Positions 1 to 14,100 of a stretch of DNA of 64,000 nt are shown here, in pieces. The stretch is from Iphione sp. A-MEVVRFRX5 (taxonomy: Eukaryota), in contig OZ320313.1 in the NCBI GenBank assembly GCA_976226885.1, forward strand, positions 113,088,001-113,152,000, given 5' to 3'. A program made the position numbers and the translations under genes. Positions within the stretch are counted from its first letter, which is position 1, and every line of letters starts with the position of its first letter. Below the pieces are notes generated by a model. The model ran no database searches and was not told the origin of the DNA. It saw only the letters and a program-made list of their open reading frames with translations.

Positions 1-1359
1 AACATGAAGATCTATTGCTGCCGAGGTCGTAAGAGATCACTTGATGATAAACAAGTGCGGCTAACCCAAGGGATGGCGACGCTTTTCAGATTTAACCAAC
101 GCACTGTGAGAAGCGAGACGAGGGGGTCCCTGGCCTGGGACCTGCCAAGGCCTGCCCCCTTCACTACTCCTACTACCCGAGGCTGCCTGGGTTAGGGCCC
201 TCACGCAGGGCTTGCACAATGTAATGGGGACCGGATTACCTGCCTTCATAATCCCCACGTCATACGTGACGCGCTGCTTCAGCACGCAGGTGGAGTGAAG
301 GAGGTATTGACAGGTTAACACAGTTCGGACGTACAGAAGAGGAAGACTTGCCCAGTGGAAATGGGAAACCTCGCCAAATAGTAATTCGAGCCACGATTTT
401 TACCCAAGGCTGTTAGGCCTCGGGAAAAATTGTCCAAAATTGCTTTATTCTGAAAAAAAAACAGCGAGTCAAAGCGCCTAGATACGTCGTTAAGTAATCT
501 ATAATTTTCCTCACTGCAATGGGACTGGTGCCTTTTTCCCCCCTGGCTGAATTTCCCAACCATGAATCAATCCCTTGGCATATTGAAGTCGTTCAAGTGG
601 CAAAAGGAGACAACACTGTCGCCTTCACGGGAAAGGCATTAGTTCCCTGGGCGGTCCCGGGCCTACCCCGCTAGCAGGCTCTGAGCTGTCATTTGGGTTA
701 GCAGAGGGACACGCAGACCGACGGACAATATAGCCACACAGAATGCAGGGTCCTTTCCGGCGAGCCAACCGACCGTCTTACACTTGGTCATTCAATGCCT
801 TTAGGCCAAGGAAACTTCCTGGGAAGAGGCTTCTTGGTGCGTTCCCAAATACAATGTCCTTGCGAGGCGGCATGAGACACGGGCCTTTGCCATAACTTCT
901 TTTATTGCTCTGTACATTACTCGGAAAAAAATGAGTCATAGCTTCAGACTGTATGTTCTGAATTTTTTTTCAAATACAGAGATGGCAATTATTCAGGCGT
1001 ACATCACAATGACTAAAACTAAAACAAAGAATGTAGGCCATATGATTTGTGTAAGCGTAACATGTTCCAACACCCTGGGTAGAAGATAACGGTAACAAAA
1101 GTTGTGCTCTCTATCTGATCGGCACAAAGGATAAAAACCTTGCCACCATCCCTTCATAGAAAAAGCACACACAGACAAAGCAGACGTTATCAAATGTGTA
1201 GTGTGGCGAGAATGCAAATTTTTCATTCAAAATGTACATGCTCTGCCGTGATAACTGTTTACATTGGATGTCTAAAAACTAAGGATCAAGTACCACGTTT
1301 GGTATCTCCCTGAAAATTTGCCTGTACATACTGTCTTCTTCGCCTCTTTTCAAAAACCC

Positions 1360-1441
1360 AACGCCAGAATGCCCTACTGATCCAATCGAGCTGCAAAACG
1401 TTAACGCCAGAATACCCCACTGATCCAATCGAGCTGCAAAA
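1360..1441. repeat. 43-bp tandem duplication (2 copies)
   Basis: aacgccagaatgccctactgatccaatcgagctgcaaaa at 1360 and aacgccagaataccccactgatccaatcgagctgcaaaa at 1403. Confidence 0.85.
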
Positions 1442-1568
1442 GGTAATGTCCTTGTCTTCTGTCAATCGGTGGAGGAGGAACTGAAGACACTCAACTGCAC
1501 ATGAACAGCACATCCCAATAACCCACTTGAAGCTGTCAGAGATGGACAATCTGAAGGGTGAGACCTAC

Positions 1569-1911
1569 CTGGACGGCACTGTTGAGGAAGCAGTTGTTGT
1601 CGCCTGGCGCGTTCATGAGGCCTTTGGTACTGGTGAGGGACATGGAGAGGCGTGGGTTCCATGCCTCCCGCCAGTTGGCCATCCTGTCAAGGTGCGAGAG
1701 TCGGGAAGCCATCATCTCACAGAGTTCTCCCTCGCGGGGCTCCTCCCCTGCTGATGGTCCTTGCTGTTGCTGCTGCTGCTGTTCTGAGGCGGGATGCTGC
1801 GGGACACTCTGGCTGGACAGTTCTCCACCATTAACTTTGGCATGGTTAAGATAATTGTTGTTGCTCTGTTCTTGTAGGACGTTCACCTCACCACCGTCAC
1901 TACTACCACCC
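1569..1911 (-). CDS. USP53/USP54: Coding exon of a USP53/USP54-family deubiquitinase containing the start of the USP domain (Cys box); later exons lie off the left edge
   Basis: Translates ...[38 protein letters not shown], matching the USP53/54 signature [24 protein letters not shown]. Acceptor tttgcag|G at 1911; phase-0 donor CAG|GTAGGT at 1569/1568. Frame is open across the whole exon and includes Q7 (1761-1781). Confidence 0.87.
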
Positions 1912-4041
1912 CTGCAAAGACACACAAAAAGGATACAGACGTTTGTACCAGTTTGCAGATAGATGTAATACAATAAACATAATGTATAAACAAATTTAAC
2001 ATTAACATTAACGGACATGTGTATCGACAGGAGAACATGTACGAAAACGACTGCCAAATGCATCGTGCTTCCCCGAATACATGTATACTGATTTGTTCAC
2101 ATCCAAAATTAGCAAGAATCTGCCGAGCAAGGTAATAATTTTCAGGGCGAAAAAAAATAACAACCGACGGGCTATGAAAAATACATTGTCTAGTTCAATG
2201 GTTGAGATCCCAGGCAGATACTACACATCAATATTGTTGTTTATATCACCTATCACACTAAATTGGTACACTAAATAACATTGGCCTGAATTAAATGCTT
2301 AAAGGTGAGTCACACTGCACATGTACGGTGCGTCGATTATGCTAATCGTTATGCAGTTATTACAGTCAGGACTTTCTCTCAAAACTGATAATGAAACCAT
2401 GAAAACAGTTTGGGAAACTTCAGGATTCGAAGTCATTAGCAAATTATGTGATACAAATTACATGGGTAGCTGTAATTACTGTCAATTTAAAAAAAACAGA
2501 AACTAGGGAAAAAGCTTCATTACTGTTTCGGCAGAATATTTCATAAGGTTCTGACATAAATGACTCTACTACAGCATGCCAAAAAGAAATTAACAGAGGG
2601 AAATGGCAAATATATGTAATTAGATCATCCGAATGAATCAAGGTTAGCAAGGTTGGCGAGGTTTCCACTCTACTTCCAAAAACAAGTAGGGGAACTCCCG
2701 TTGTGGCTTCAGAACATATTTCTCGACATCAAGCTGCCTTTTTCGAGCTGGGCACGCGTGAGGTGATCCCTGTTTTATCTGTCCACATACCCGGACACCC
2801 TTCCACACACACAGACACACAGGAACAGCCGCCCTCTGGGAGAATGGCTGGGGATCAAACCCTGGCGTGGATGTGGCCACGCATGACACACTCCTTTCTT
2901 TCCTTCTCTTTCTTTCTTAAATGCTGGTGAGTGTAGATGTATTTTCTAATCCATTACCAGCAGGAAATGAAAAAAGAGCCTATAGATACTGTAAGTTCCT
3001 TGGTTCTTACTAGTACGCGGCTCAATTAGCTGTAAATCGTGACAAGTGCGCCATACAATATTCATTAGAGCACTCACGTCATGTGATACATGTGTGTGTT
3101 GAAAATAGGCCAAAAAATAAACAATGAAAGATTTAAGCAGCTCTGTCGAGAACGCCATCTTTTACCCACTTCTTAGAATAGTATTGTATTCTAATGCTCC
3201 ATAGCTCAAGAATACCACATGCAGTCAGCGTGACTTTTTTTTCAGTCATCAGTGTTGACTTTAACAACAGCGCAACAGTCGGGCCACGTACGAAACGCTC
3301 CTTATATCTTTCCCTTTGTTAAAAAAAACAAAAAAAAACAAGGAGCGCTGAAGTAATCAGACAACAAAGAGTAACAAATTCTGTCCCAACCTAACGAGCT
3401 GGGATAGGGTGTCATGGACGCAAACCCCCTGGTACAATCGTCGCCTAATGGAAACCACTTTTCCTCAGTCGGATTTTTTTTCAGTGGAATTTTTTCAAGG
3501 TCGTGCGTCCCCGAGGAGTATAAACAGATCGTACTCCCGTCGCCGAAAAACGGAACAATCCGGCGCACGATCGAGTATTATAAACTAACGGGGGAAGACT
3601 CACAAGAAGAGTATATGTATAGCACACTAGTTGATCCCGTCTGGTGATCAACATGTGTTTCCTTTTCGTGCTGCGTAAGAATCGTACCCCACGTTAGAGC
3701 TCTGATTTTTAAAAAAAAAGTCATTAAAATCAACGCTCTATAGAGGCCAGGTTCAGGAAATTTCCCTTCGTTCGTATTGTTTGCAAATATTTTTCTATAT
3801 ACATGTAATTTTATTGACCGGGAAGCATATAAACATATATACAAATTATCGGCGTAGGCATAACTAAACTTTCAAGAAGCTATGAAGTGAGTCAATGAGG
3901 GTGATATAGGTAATATTCCGGTTGACTACACGTATCTACATGTATTTCCTTCTTGGAACCTGACTGACTGATTTTACTGTCTTTTTTCATTTCGGGATAA
4001 GATGTTACCCACGAAATGTAGGACGACTCTGGGAGACCTAC

Positions 4042-4238
4042 CCATAGGTACCGGTCTTACTAGAGTTATTTCGGACGCTTTTCACTATACAAGTCTGCTG
4101 TAATGGGCCTATATTGTCAAGTCCAGGGTGCATTGTCGGGCGTTCTCCCGTCATCCATGACGCAGAGGCGGGGAGATGTCTCTTGACGTGACACAACCGA
4201 CGGAAGGAGTGATGACGTGAGGAGGACGCCGTCACCAT
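4042..4238 (-). CDS. Candidate upstream first coding exon of the USP53/54-like gene
   Basis: ORF MVTASS...SKTGTY ends in GG|GTAGGT, a phase-2 donor that joins in frame to the 1911 exon (which needs 2 nt). Lies in a CpG-rich block. No recognisable homology. Confidence 0.3.
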
Positions 4239-6649
4239 GGTGACTCAGGCCAGGATCAGACGATCGACGACATCTCTAGGCGCCCGACAAAAGGACAGGG
4301 TCAGCGACAACGACTTTCCAAGGCGGTCGTCGAGCCGAGGAAAACCGAAAACCCACAACAGACGGAGTCTTCGATTTACCCAAATCTCCACTCTGCACAG
4401 ACCACAGGGCTGGCTATGCCAACGAATGAACTGAACGCATGTTATTTATGTGCTTAATTCTTCGTCAATTTGTTCAAATTTTAAATTACCTGCGTGCTTC
4501 TCACAGCTTTTTATAGTACATATACAATACACCTACATGAAGTAAGACAGGAGTTTAGCTTGTGAAGCTAGTTCTGTGAACCTTTCATCAGATTCCAATG
4601 AGGCAAGCACACGTAAATTGTATTTTCCACCACAGTCACGATGTCCAAATCAGAAATCGTGTGCTAGCGTCGAGTCCCTTGGGACCTTTGCTGTAAAACC
4701 AGGGAAACTCTCTGAAAGGTATCCTTGGCCTACAGAAAGCACAGTTCCCTCGGGCCTCCTAAAGCTTCCACCCAGGCTCCTCAAGGGACCGACAGGCGCC
4801 CGAGGTGCGAGCGTCCCTCCCACCCACCTTCTTCCCCACGCTTCACCCCCTCCCCTCTTTTCCTTGTTGCTTGCATTGTGCACAGCAGGTATCCATCAAC
4901 GTGCAGTGGGTAGGATGAGTCTATGGAGTTGGCAGACCGTCGTCCCCTCAGCTACAGGCGTTAAACATAAAACGGCGACCTGTAGTCCTTTTTTTCCATT
5001 TTACCAAGCTGGAGGTTACCCATAATTAAATGTGCATTATTCATCTGTAATAAAATAATGATGAAAATCAAATGTAAATTTAACAGGGTCTGTGTTTCTA
5101 TTCCGGGCGAGGTAATGTAAAACGCCATAAAAAATCGTCCCCCACTGTTACGACTGGCCTCGAGCCAGTCGTACTGTATATGGATTACATGTACATGTAT
5201 GTGTACGAGGATTGAAAAAAAAAAACGTTTCCTCCGGCGAATGAATCGTGCAGGCGTCTGTTTCTTAAAAAAAAAAAAGTGTCTTGGATCATCGGCACTG
5301 ACATCTGTATTGAACAGGTCGGTCATGGGGGGAAACTTCTTACCTTGGTCAATAAGTTTTCCCAATGTGTATTGAAGACTGCGTAAGTTGACATGGGGCT
5401 CGTTTTGAGTGGTTTGGCTGTTTGACTTCTATTACAGATCATGGTTGAGTCTACATTGCTCCGGACCTCCCATGACACAGTGACCCTTACAGAGACTTTC
5501 CAATTATATGGACGTCCGCGTTGGATATGGTTATTGCAATGATAGTGTAGTGTCAGCTATACGGGACACCTGTAGTAAACCCATGACAACAGGCAGCATG
5601 TCAACAATGTCACTGCCGCTCCGACCGGTTGATACCACGTGCAAATCATGTCAAAACCGCAATATTGACCCAAGGACTTAATGTTGCTGTCGACTTACAA
5701 CCGCTAATCCAGTTTGGATGCAGAGTGACACCTACACAATATGACCCACGCTTGCTAAGTGTTTTGCATTCTCTTAAACTCAGTGTGGGGCGTCTTCTAG
5801 GGAGGCCCATTGGCACGCGCGACTTATTGGGAAATTGGGGAAAACAACAAGTTGCCCGCATCTCGTCCCTGACGCTTGTGGCTTTTCGAGTGGGCATTGG
5901 CTGTGCGGCAGCAGCAGGTGTCGGCAGCATTTTGCCCGACTCCGCTTCTTCCATATACTACAAGCAAGCTATGCCAGCTGATCCTGGATGCAATGGCGCT
6001 CTTTATATGGCGGGTTATATCTTCTAATGCGCGTGTGTGCCTCGTAGGTGTAAAGGCTGTCCAGCTTACGACACGACGACCCAAGTACAGTATAGGGGGA
6101 TTAACGAGGAACACAAAAAAACCTGTAGCGAAATGGCCTCTTTGATGTCGCCGTCAAACGTTCTCACTCATTGTAATCCCCATTCGTACACCTATCTAAC
6201 TATTCCTTACTTAAGTGAAACAACATAGTTTAAAGCAATCCTAATCCCCACCTAAGGATTAGGTTTTAATTCCTTTTCATCTTTGCTACCATTAATTTAA
6301 ATTTCAGGGCTTAGAATTACCATTATATTCAATGGTATGGAGTGCCCAAATGCTTTATCAATCGCCTCCATCAAGACAGTTTTAGCTACTACCAAAAGGA
6401 ATTCAATTTTCTGAAACAGGGAAGGCTATAAAATAAAACATTATTTATTACTATTTCCAGTTGTAGAAAAACGAAGTCATAATTTGCCTAGTTTACCTCA
6501 TCCCTTCAGTATTCCCTACAAACGGGTGAGTTCGCCACATTTTTGCGGCATGATTAAATGCATAGGACCGTATAAAGCTTAGTTGTACCACAGCTCTGAC
6601 CAAGCCCTCACCCGGATGTTCAATTCTCTCAGTTTTCCCTCTTCTTTGG

Positions 6650-8300
6650 GTCCCAAGCAGAAGTATGGCGCGGAGACGAACATACATTTTGTTGTGCCAG
6701 ACAATCAGGTCAGAGCGCTGGTCCGTGACACTGCGCCCGTCCGCTTTTAGCGCAGCCCCTCTACCCGGACTCGCAAGTAGGTGGGTAGGTCGTGGAAAGG
6801 TGTACCTTAAGCTTACCTGCGGTGCGGGCACCTGTATGAACGGGATCGCCTTAACACAACCAGCTAGCTCTATACACCGACTTAACCCAGGTAGTGACAC
6901 AGGTGCAGACCTCGCTGTCCAAATACCGCCTCATTTAGAACATACATCGTAAGGGGAAAGGTGCGAATATGTCCTGTTCACCAAGTGGTATAATAAAAAT
7001 ACTGACTACGATTACCTTGCTGTAAAAGTTTACAACGCTGCCCACGCACTCTGTTCGGTCACACCTCCCGACAACTAAAGCCAGCACAGGCCTTCCCCCC
7101 GCTACAAAGCCTCCGCGATCTGTACAGCCGTGGTCGACTCACCTGTGAGTGTGTCCGTTCCTATGGTCTAACTTCATCATTGATCATCACTCGCTGACGT
7201 TAAAACGAAGGGGTAAAGATCCAAAACGTCTCTCAGTTTCGATCACATTCTCTCCTATTCCTCGCGGCAGCCATTTGGTGGCGGCGGTGTTTGGGTCTGG
7301 GTGCGTAGCTTTGCGCCTCGCTTCGCGTGCTGTGTATGCTTCAGTCTGAGTTGGCAAGCCCGCCCAGACGCAGCCAGCCAATCAGAGTCCAGCCAGGCGG
7401 TCAGGCGTAGCTGGCCTAGTGGACGGAGTAGTAAGTCGGCTCCATGGCCGGCACGCACCTACTACGGGTTCGACTAAGCACCATCCTGTCGGTCAGGAGT
7501 GAAGTGCGTCATGACAGGCCGATAAGAGCCGCTTCGTCTGAATGCACTTTGATCCCGCTCACCACTAGATAATCCACGTAAACAGACGACAATGGAATGT
7601 GGGACTCCCGACTCCAAGCGCTGCCTCCTTTGATCTGTGCTTAGCGCTTCTTATTTGCTGTCCCTCGCAGTAACCCCCTTCTCCGCACGCAGAGCGGTGG
7701 TCAGTGTACAGTGATACACGTAGAACGGCAGAAACTGCATACAAGCACGATATCGAAGTCCATGCTTTCGACGTTCAAACACTCACATGAAATAATAACA
7801 GTGGGTGGAGCTGCATTATTTTTTTTATCAGTGGTTCAGAATGTACCCATAAAACATGTGGATCCAGCAGTACTCGACTTTAGTTGATACCACGACGAGC
7901 ATTAAGCAGTAGTACATCGAGAGCGTCGAAAACTGGGACGTAGCCATTGGTTAGTAACCTGAGACTGATTACGGGACTGCAAGGCCCACTCGACGCACGG
8001 GGTTACCCCACCACGAACGGGTGGGTGGGTGTGGGGAGCAGTAGAGGGCGCCCCACTCGGAAGGGGTCACCTGGTAGATACGTCTAGAGGAGAGTCCTCG
8101 GTGCAGCCGACTCCACTGGTTACATTCTAGCGATGCCGGGTAGCGATGAAGTAGTGGACCGACTGGTCGCTGTACTCACTCACTTTTAATAGTCGTCGAC
8201 TCACTCACCTTAGTATTAGTCGTCACCAGTCACGTCCGTCGCCAGTGAAGGTGGCGAGTGAATGGTTATAAGCCTATTCAAGCCGGTTGTTAGCAAAACG
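6650..8300 (-). promoter_or_regulatory. CpG-rich promoter/5'UTR region with several candidate non-coding first exons for the USP53/54-like gene
   Basis: Consensus - strand donors CAG|GTAAGC (exon end 6817), CAG|GTGAGT (7143) and AAG|GTGAGT (8209); CCAAT box near 7378; locally high CpG. Confidence 0.35.
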
Positions 8301-9364
8301 CCCTCCCTAGGGGTTTAAATTTTGACATGACATCGACATATTTTTTCAGCAGACAATCCTGAGCGCAAAGAATGTCGAAAATTGAAGATGAACTGCATCA
8401 TGTGTGTCATTTGCTTTGAAATGGAATAGAAATACCTGTATCATCATTTTTTTTTCATATTTATCAAGAGAAAATGTACTATTCGTGGCTACTTAATCTT
8501 GCGCCACTAAATATTTTTTTACTTTTATCAGAATAAGGAATGAATAACTAAATAACTGAGACGTGCCTTAGGCCACTCTTCGTCTTGGCCTGCGGACAGC
8601 CTTCTGGCACTCTCCGTCATTATCAAGATGTCTCACTTGAGGAAATCGGAAGAGAAGCTGTGAAATGACACATGTTTCTACAACTCAGTTAGTACGAGAA
8701 CAACAGAGAATAGCCCCGGACTGACCACATACACTTCGGGGTGAGCGGCAGGTTTGAACTGTCTATACTCTGACGTGACACAGTGGGCATGCGGCCAGTA
8801 GTGCGGTCCTCCTTCGACCCTTACCAGCCGTAAACAATTCATGACCACAGACAGCAATCATATCACTGTGAGATGCCTGGAATGGCTACCAAATGAGTTG
8901 GCCAAATACTGTGAGGAGCACCCGCACAAGTTACCTCATGTACCTCATAACACCAGAAGTTGACACCTCGTCTGCTACACAGCGGACATGAACTCGATAA
9001 TAAATTATTCACATGGAAATTTCTGAAATGGTGTATGTGTATGTTAAAAGTTAGATCACGATAACTGGAATTCATTCCTGAAAGCGGCAGTGCGTGCAAA
9101 TATTCGGACCAAATAATTTTTACATGCTATCAAGGCACTGGCATGTTAAACGTGCACGGTCAGAGCACGAGTCTTCACTTTTAGAAACAAATGTAAAAAA
9201 CATTTAATTAAAAAATGAACTAGTACACGCAGTAGACTTCAGAATAGAAGCACCATTCATCATACACAGCCTTGCACTTTTTATTCCTCTTATTAAAGAC
9301 GAATTTGGCTATATTCCGATGACTGCCATAATACAAAGACAGGGCTAGAACATTTGACCAGTAT

Positions 9365-9430
9365 TTTCATGATCTTCATAATACTTGTATGTACTTGTTT
9401 CATGATCTTCATAATACTTGTATGTACTTG
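9365..9430. repeat. 33-bp perfect tandem duplication
   Basis: tttcatgatcttcataatacttgtatgtacttg x2. Confidence 0.9.
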
Positions 9431-11173
9431 TTACGTTGAATTCCCTTTAATAACTTCCGCAAAGCAATATTCATGTTACCTATACTGTACGTGGGGTATA
9501 GTAAACATGGCGCACAGGACCTGTTATGTACCACAGTAATTTCATTTCATTTCATTGTATCTTTTACCAGGAATATATTCACCTATCATATGACAGGGAT
9601 CTTCCATATCCTCCTGGGGTAGCATACTACCATCTATTGTTGAGAATTGAGAGACCAGAATACCCGGGGTTGTCCCCTACTCTTATTTCTAATAGGTTTC
9701 TGGGGTCTTTTTGTGCATAGGGGACAGAATCCTATACACCCACGGCCTTTTTACGAGTTGTGGACCACTCTGGGTTGGGGCTACAGTAAATCTGTCTGGT
9801 CATTGTCTTAAAATTACAACATTTCCTTGGACTGCTAAAGAAATGCACGTTCTGTTTCAGCAATAATTTAACATTTACATGTAATTTGTTGAGGGGAGGG
9901 GATATCACTGTATGGTAATACTGGCCATCCTGTGATTGTGACGTCTATGTCATCGCTTGGGACCCAACGCTTGACAAACAGGAGAAGGTCAAAGCTTCAT
10001 AGGGTGCCGTGTCCTGGGAGGGACTCCAGACCCTGGATGGCGTTTGCCCTCTTTCCGTCCCAGAGACCCTCGAAGCGCCCCCTATCCCCAGCTTCCAAAG
10101 CAATACATCGAGGATATGGCATTCACTTGCATCCTAGCTACAGGAGAAGAATTCGTGCACAGAAACCCCGTCGACGTGAAGACCCCAACACACACACGAC
10201 ATGTCACCACTACGATGTGGACCCGCATACGTGTATAGAAAAAACTGAGGGAAAAGATAGACACACCCCATTTCGAAAGGGGTGGTGGTAGGGAAGGTTA
10301 AGCTCTGACAATTTCACTTTCGCTTTTGTTGCATTTGTCGGAAAACAGATTAAAGACCCAACACTCAAAAATCATTATGTTAGGGTAGATTTGTCAAATT
10401 TTCTGCATAACATTAAGAAAAAAACTTTGAACAGTGCAATGTCATGAGGAATGCACTTAATTGGGACATGGTCAAGACATCAGTATTGAAATGTTGACAT
10501 TCAGAGCAGGGCTAATTCCTTTTTAATTAAACTGTATGTTTATCTTGTGTACATTTGCCTTCCACCGCACTACGCAACTGCCATTATACCGCCCAACGTA
10601 TGCTGTAGTATATATGACGTCACCATGACATTACTACTCCACTAATGACGCCACTATAACGTCCCTTACGTGGTAGGTGTTGACAGCGTTCGCGGAGATT
10701 ACAACAGATGGATGCTGACAGTCAACACCTGGAGATGATGAACCACAGCTTGGACATGGTAAAAGTGATGCATCGAAAAGGTAATTGAGCTGATATTCGG
10801 ACCAAGCGTGCGACCTAACACCGTATCCATCCTCCATTGGAACCGATCTCTTCCTCTAGATCGCAACAAAGATATAACTAAATTCGCCAAAAGGAACATA
10901 AATCTGTCACAACAAATAAATAAATTGCAACAGGTTTCTCTGTACACAGTGCCACGGTTGACATCCACAGAACCTGTTACTCAAAGCGACGGACCACAGT
11001 TCACATAAAAGATTATGTCAGTTAGTCGATTTAAGGAGAAGAGATGTTTTTGGAGACATTATTAAGCAACTGTATTCACCCCTGTCCCATTGGCATCTCC
11101 TCGACATCATCCCATGCACATGTACCAAACTCGGCAAAGTCTTTGAAAGGCGCAGGAGACACCACTAGTAAGT

Positions 11174-11186
11174 TGCCATCTAGTGG
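11174..11186 (-). promoter_or_regulatory. CTCF-like motif
   Basis: Reverse complement CCACTAGATGGCA fits the CTCF core CCASYAGRKGGCR. Motif match only. Confidence 0.35.
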
Positions 11187-14100
11187 ACAAAAGACGCGCT
11201 AAGAACTTAACCGTTCCGCAAACGTGCTGGCAACCTATGGGAACATTCACTGGCGCCACCTACACATAAGATGGGCCACAGACAGACAATTACTATAGCC
11301 CCTGGCCAGCCATTCAGATCTGCTCCAAGGGTGACTTCCATCAGGTACACAGGAGCCCAAGCCATTCACACACTAGGTGCGATGGTCCTTTCATCTGTCC
11401 AAGCTTGCCGTCGCTGCATCCCCAATGTGCCTCTCCTTTCCTCTGCACAGGTCTGCAGTAATCGCGCTGTATGAGGAGTTGCGGGGAATGAACGGCGTAC
11501 GCATACTTTCAATTCGACACATTTTGTGACTAATTTGACACGAAGAAGCGTCAAACTTTGAGGAAAGCGCTGTATGGTTCCGGACAGGATTCACACTAAC
11601 TCCGCTTATCAATGGTACCAAAATGCACAATTCAGTTGGAATAAGGGAATGGCTGAGAACAGGGTAAATACGATAAAACAGACAATACGCATAATTGTGC
11701 ATTGGACAAACCTAATCCCTCTAATGCTTGCCTTGCCTTTGTCTAGACGAATTTTTTAAATTCGTATCTAACATTCTGCTTTTTTTTGGGGGGGGGGGGT
11801 CAAGTCTATTTACAGAATGTAATATTAAACAAAGGCCTGGACGGCATACGTCGATAGTGACGTAACACAGCACCTGACTGCTGTGTCTAGTGGCAAAGAC
11901 CACTGGCAACTAATACCTGTAACGTGGGAATACAGGGGGCGGGGTTCATTGTGTAAACCATCCTCCTTCCACCCAAAACCCTTCCTCCTAACAAAAACTG
12001 GCGTTTAAGAGCCTACATGCACCTGTGCGTGTTGGCTTTGAAGTATTTGTTTCATAGCACTCTGAGTCAGGGCCTATTGTCAAACTCCCTTTAGCCCCAC
12101 TTATGTGATCTTGAACAGCTCCATATGGATTGATGCAATATTTGATAATAAATTTGACTAACAATGAACATATACAAACCAGCTGATATGATCGACATTG
12201 CCGCAAATATATCTGTATGTACACATCTGAGCCAAAGTTATTAAAACTTAAATGCTCTTGTACGAGGACTGGTGTCAAAGCTGCTTAAGAGTTAAAGCTT
12301 GGCGTTAGCATCGACGATTCAATACACGTCTCTGACCTATTGTCTTGTGTTACATGAAGTTTGGTGGCTGGTTGTTGGCAACGTGTTGGCTGAGATTGAG
12401 GGCTGCTGGAGTGGGTATAATTAAGCCTCAAAGGGAACATTTGCAGGGATGCGTACGGTTTAAAAGGGGGTAACCTATCTGTTAAGTAGGTAGTGCACGG
12501 GCGGTACCTTCCGAAATGCTGGGCAAATGATGAGATGGAAAGGACTGAAGCATAGGTAGTAACGAATTTTCTGACTGGATTGGCAGGGGTGTCCTGTACC
12601 CCGTTGATTACGTTCAGTAGATTTTGTCACAGCAAGTATTGATGCATGTTAAAAATGACAGTGACTACTGTACTTCGTGTTTTCGTCAAATGTTTTTTCT
12701 GACACGTTTCTCCTGAGAATGATGATGGGGGCGGGGGATTATAGTTGTAGACATTTAAAAAGTGATGTCATGAGTGGAAGACAGTGCTATGTGGAATCTT
12801 AATCTTCAGGTATGCAATCAATGTACATTTACTGACATCGATAAAATCAGAACTTTGGCAGGGGACTAGCTTCAAACCAAGCTGATAGGGAAACAACTCT
12901 TGCTCTGTTATTTAACTATCATCCTTGATTATCACAAAAAAAAATCAAATTTAATGTGTTACATGTGGAAGTAGTGCCTAGAGTAAAATAATATTCTGAC
13001 GAAGGCAGCTTTGAGTATTCGTGCTTATCGCATTGATCGCTGATATCGACCACCTGATGAAGCTTGGAGCACCACTCTTCATGCCCTCTTCCCTCTCTCT
13101 CTATCTGATAAGGCCTAGGCGGGATTACAGAGTGGGTTCGAAATCCTATATACTCTTGCCCTCCTTTCGCAGGACAGGGGTCCAGGACAAACATATTTTA
13201 TGAACTGGGGCTGGGGTGTGTCTCGACGAGGCGTCCAGGAATAAATCACACCCACGGCAGCATTATCAGTGGTTGCCATCGATGGGAACTGGCTATAGTT
13301 TCTTTATCTGTGGGCCTGATCAGTGCCAATTGCCGACAGGTATGCAGTGGCGACTCAGCCCCGTAAAGTGACCTTCCTGCAGGTGACCAGGGTTTGAATG
13401 ATAAACAGCATGGGAGCACCCTTCCCTTTAAGGTCCCTGTCCCAGGGGTTCCCGTTTCATGTTGACCGATGGCACTTACACAGTCTTCAGAAGGCTTCAA
13501 TAGCCTCAGTATACAGTAGGGCACAATGTAATGTAGGATAAAAGACTATAAGTTACTACAGTCGCGACTTACATATGGCAAACTCACTGGAGATTTTTGT
13601 CTCTGGGTCTCGTAGTCATTCCCAATCATGCGGTCACACAATACATTAATTTTCCAACAAATACCATCTGTGTAGAGCAGTATGTTGCACAAGTCACAAC
13701 CAACTCTTCAGATCAGATTTTGTAGTTTCTAAATTGTATTTTACGTGTAATTGCACAGCAACTTACTTATAATATCAAAATAAACCTTTCAAGTGTATAA
13801 CCGCGAACAATCAGTCCTAGCAGTGCTCCACTCAGCCTTATCATGGTGATGCATACAATAGATGAACATGTACAATTTTCGAAGAAATCATCCATTCGTG
13901 AGGCATAATCTGCCACGTCCTATCGTAGTAGTCTCTGGCACATACATACACAGACCTGAGCCTACGCAAAATACACTCTATGCGTGGACATTATTATCTG
14001 CTGACACAGTGGCACAGGCATGAAAACACTTTGATCCATGCTTCTATTTCGCACAAGAAATGCTCAAGCCATCTGTTGGTATTGTTCAGCTGTTTGATGC

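Noticed and set aside
5389-6145. Overlapping 90-130 aa ORFs on both strands
   Set aside because: No homology, splice signals, TIRs or LTRs recognised.
8335-8430. IEDELH string typical of some LINE C-termini
   Set aside because: Too short and frameshifted, with no supporting upstream sequence.
10800-11150. LINE-like strings ILHWNRSL and KLGKVFER
   Set aside because: Spacing is incompatible with endonuclease-to-RT order and no other motifs are present.
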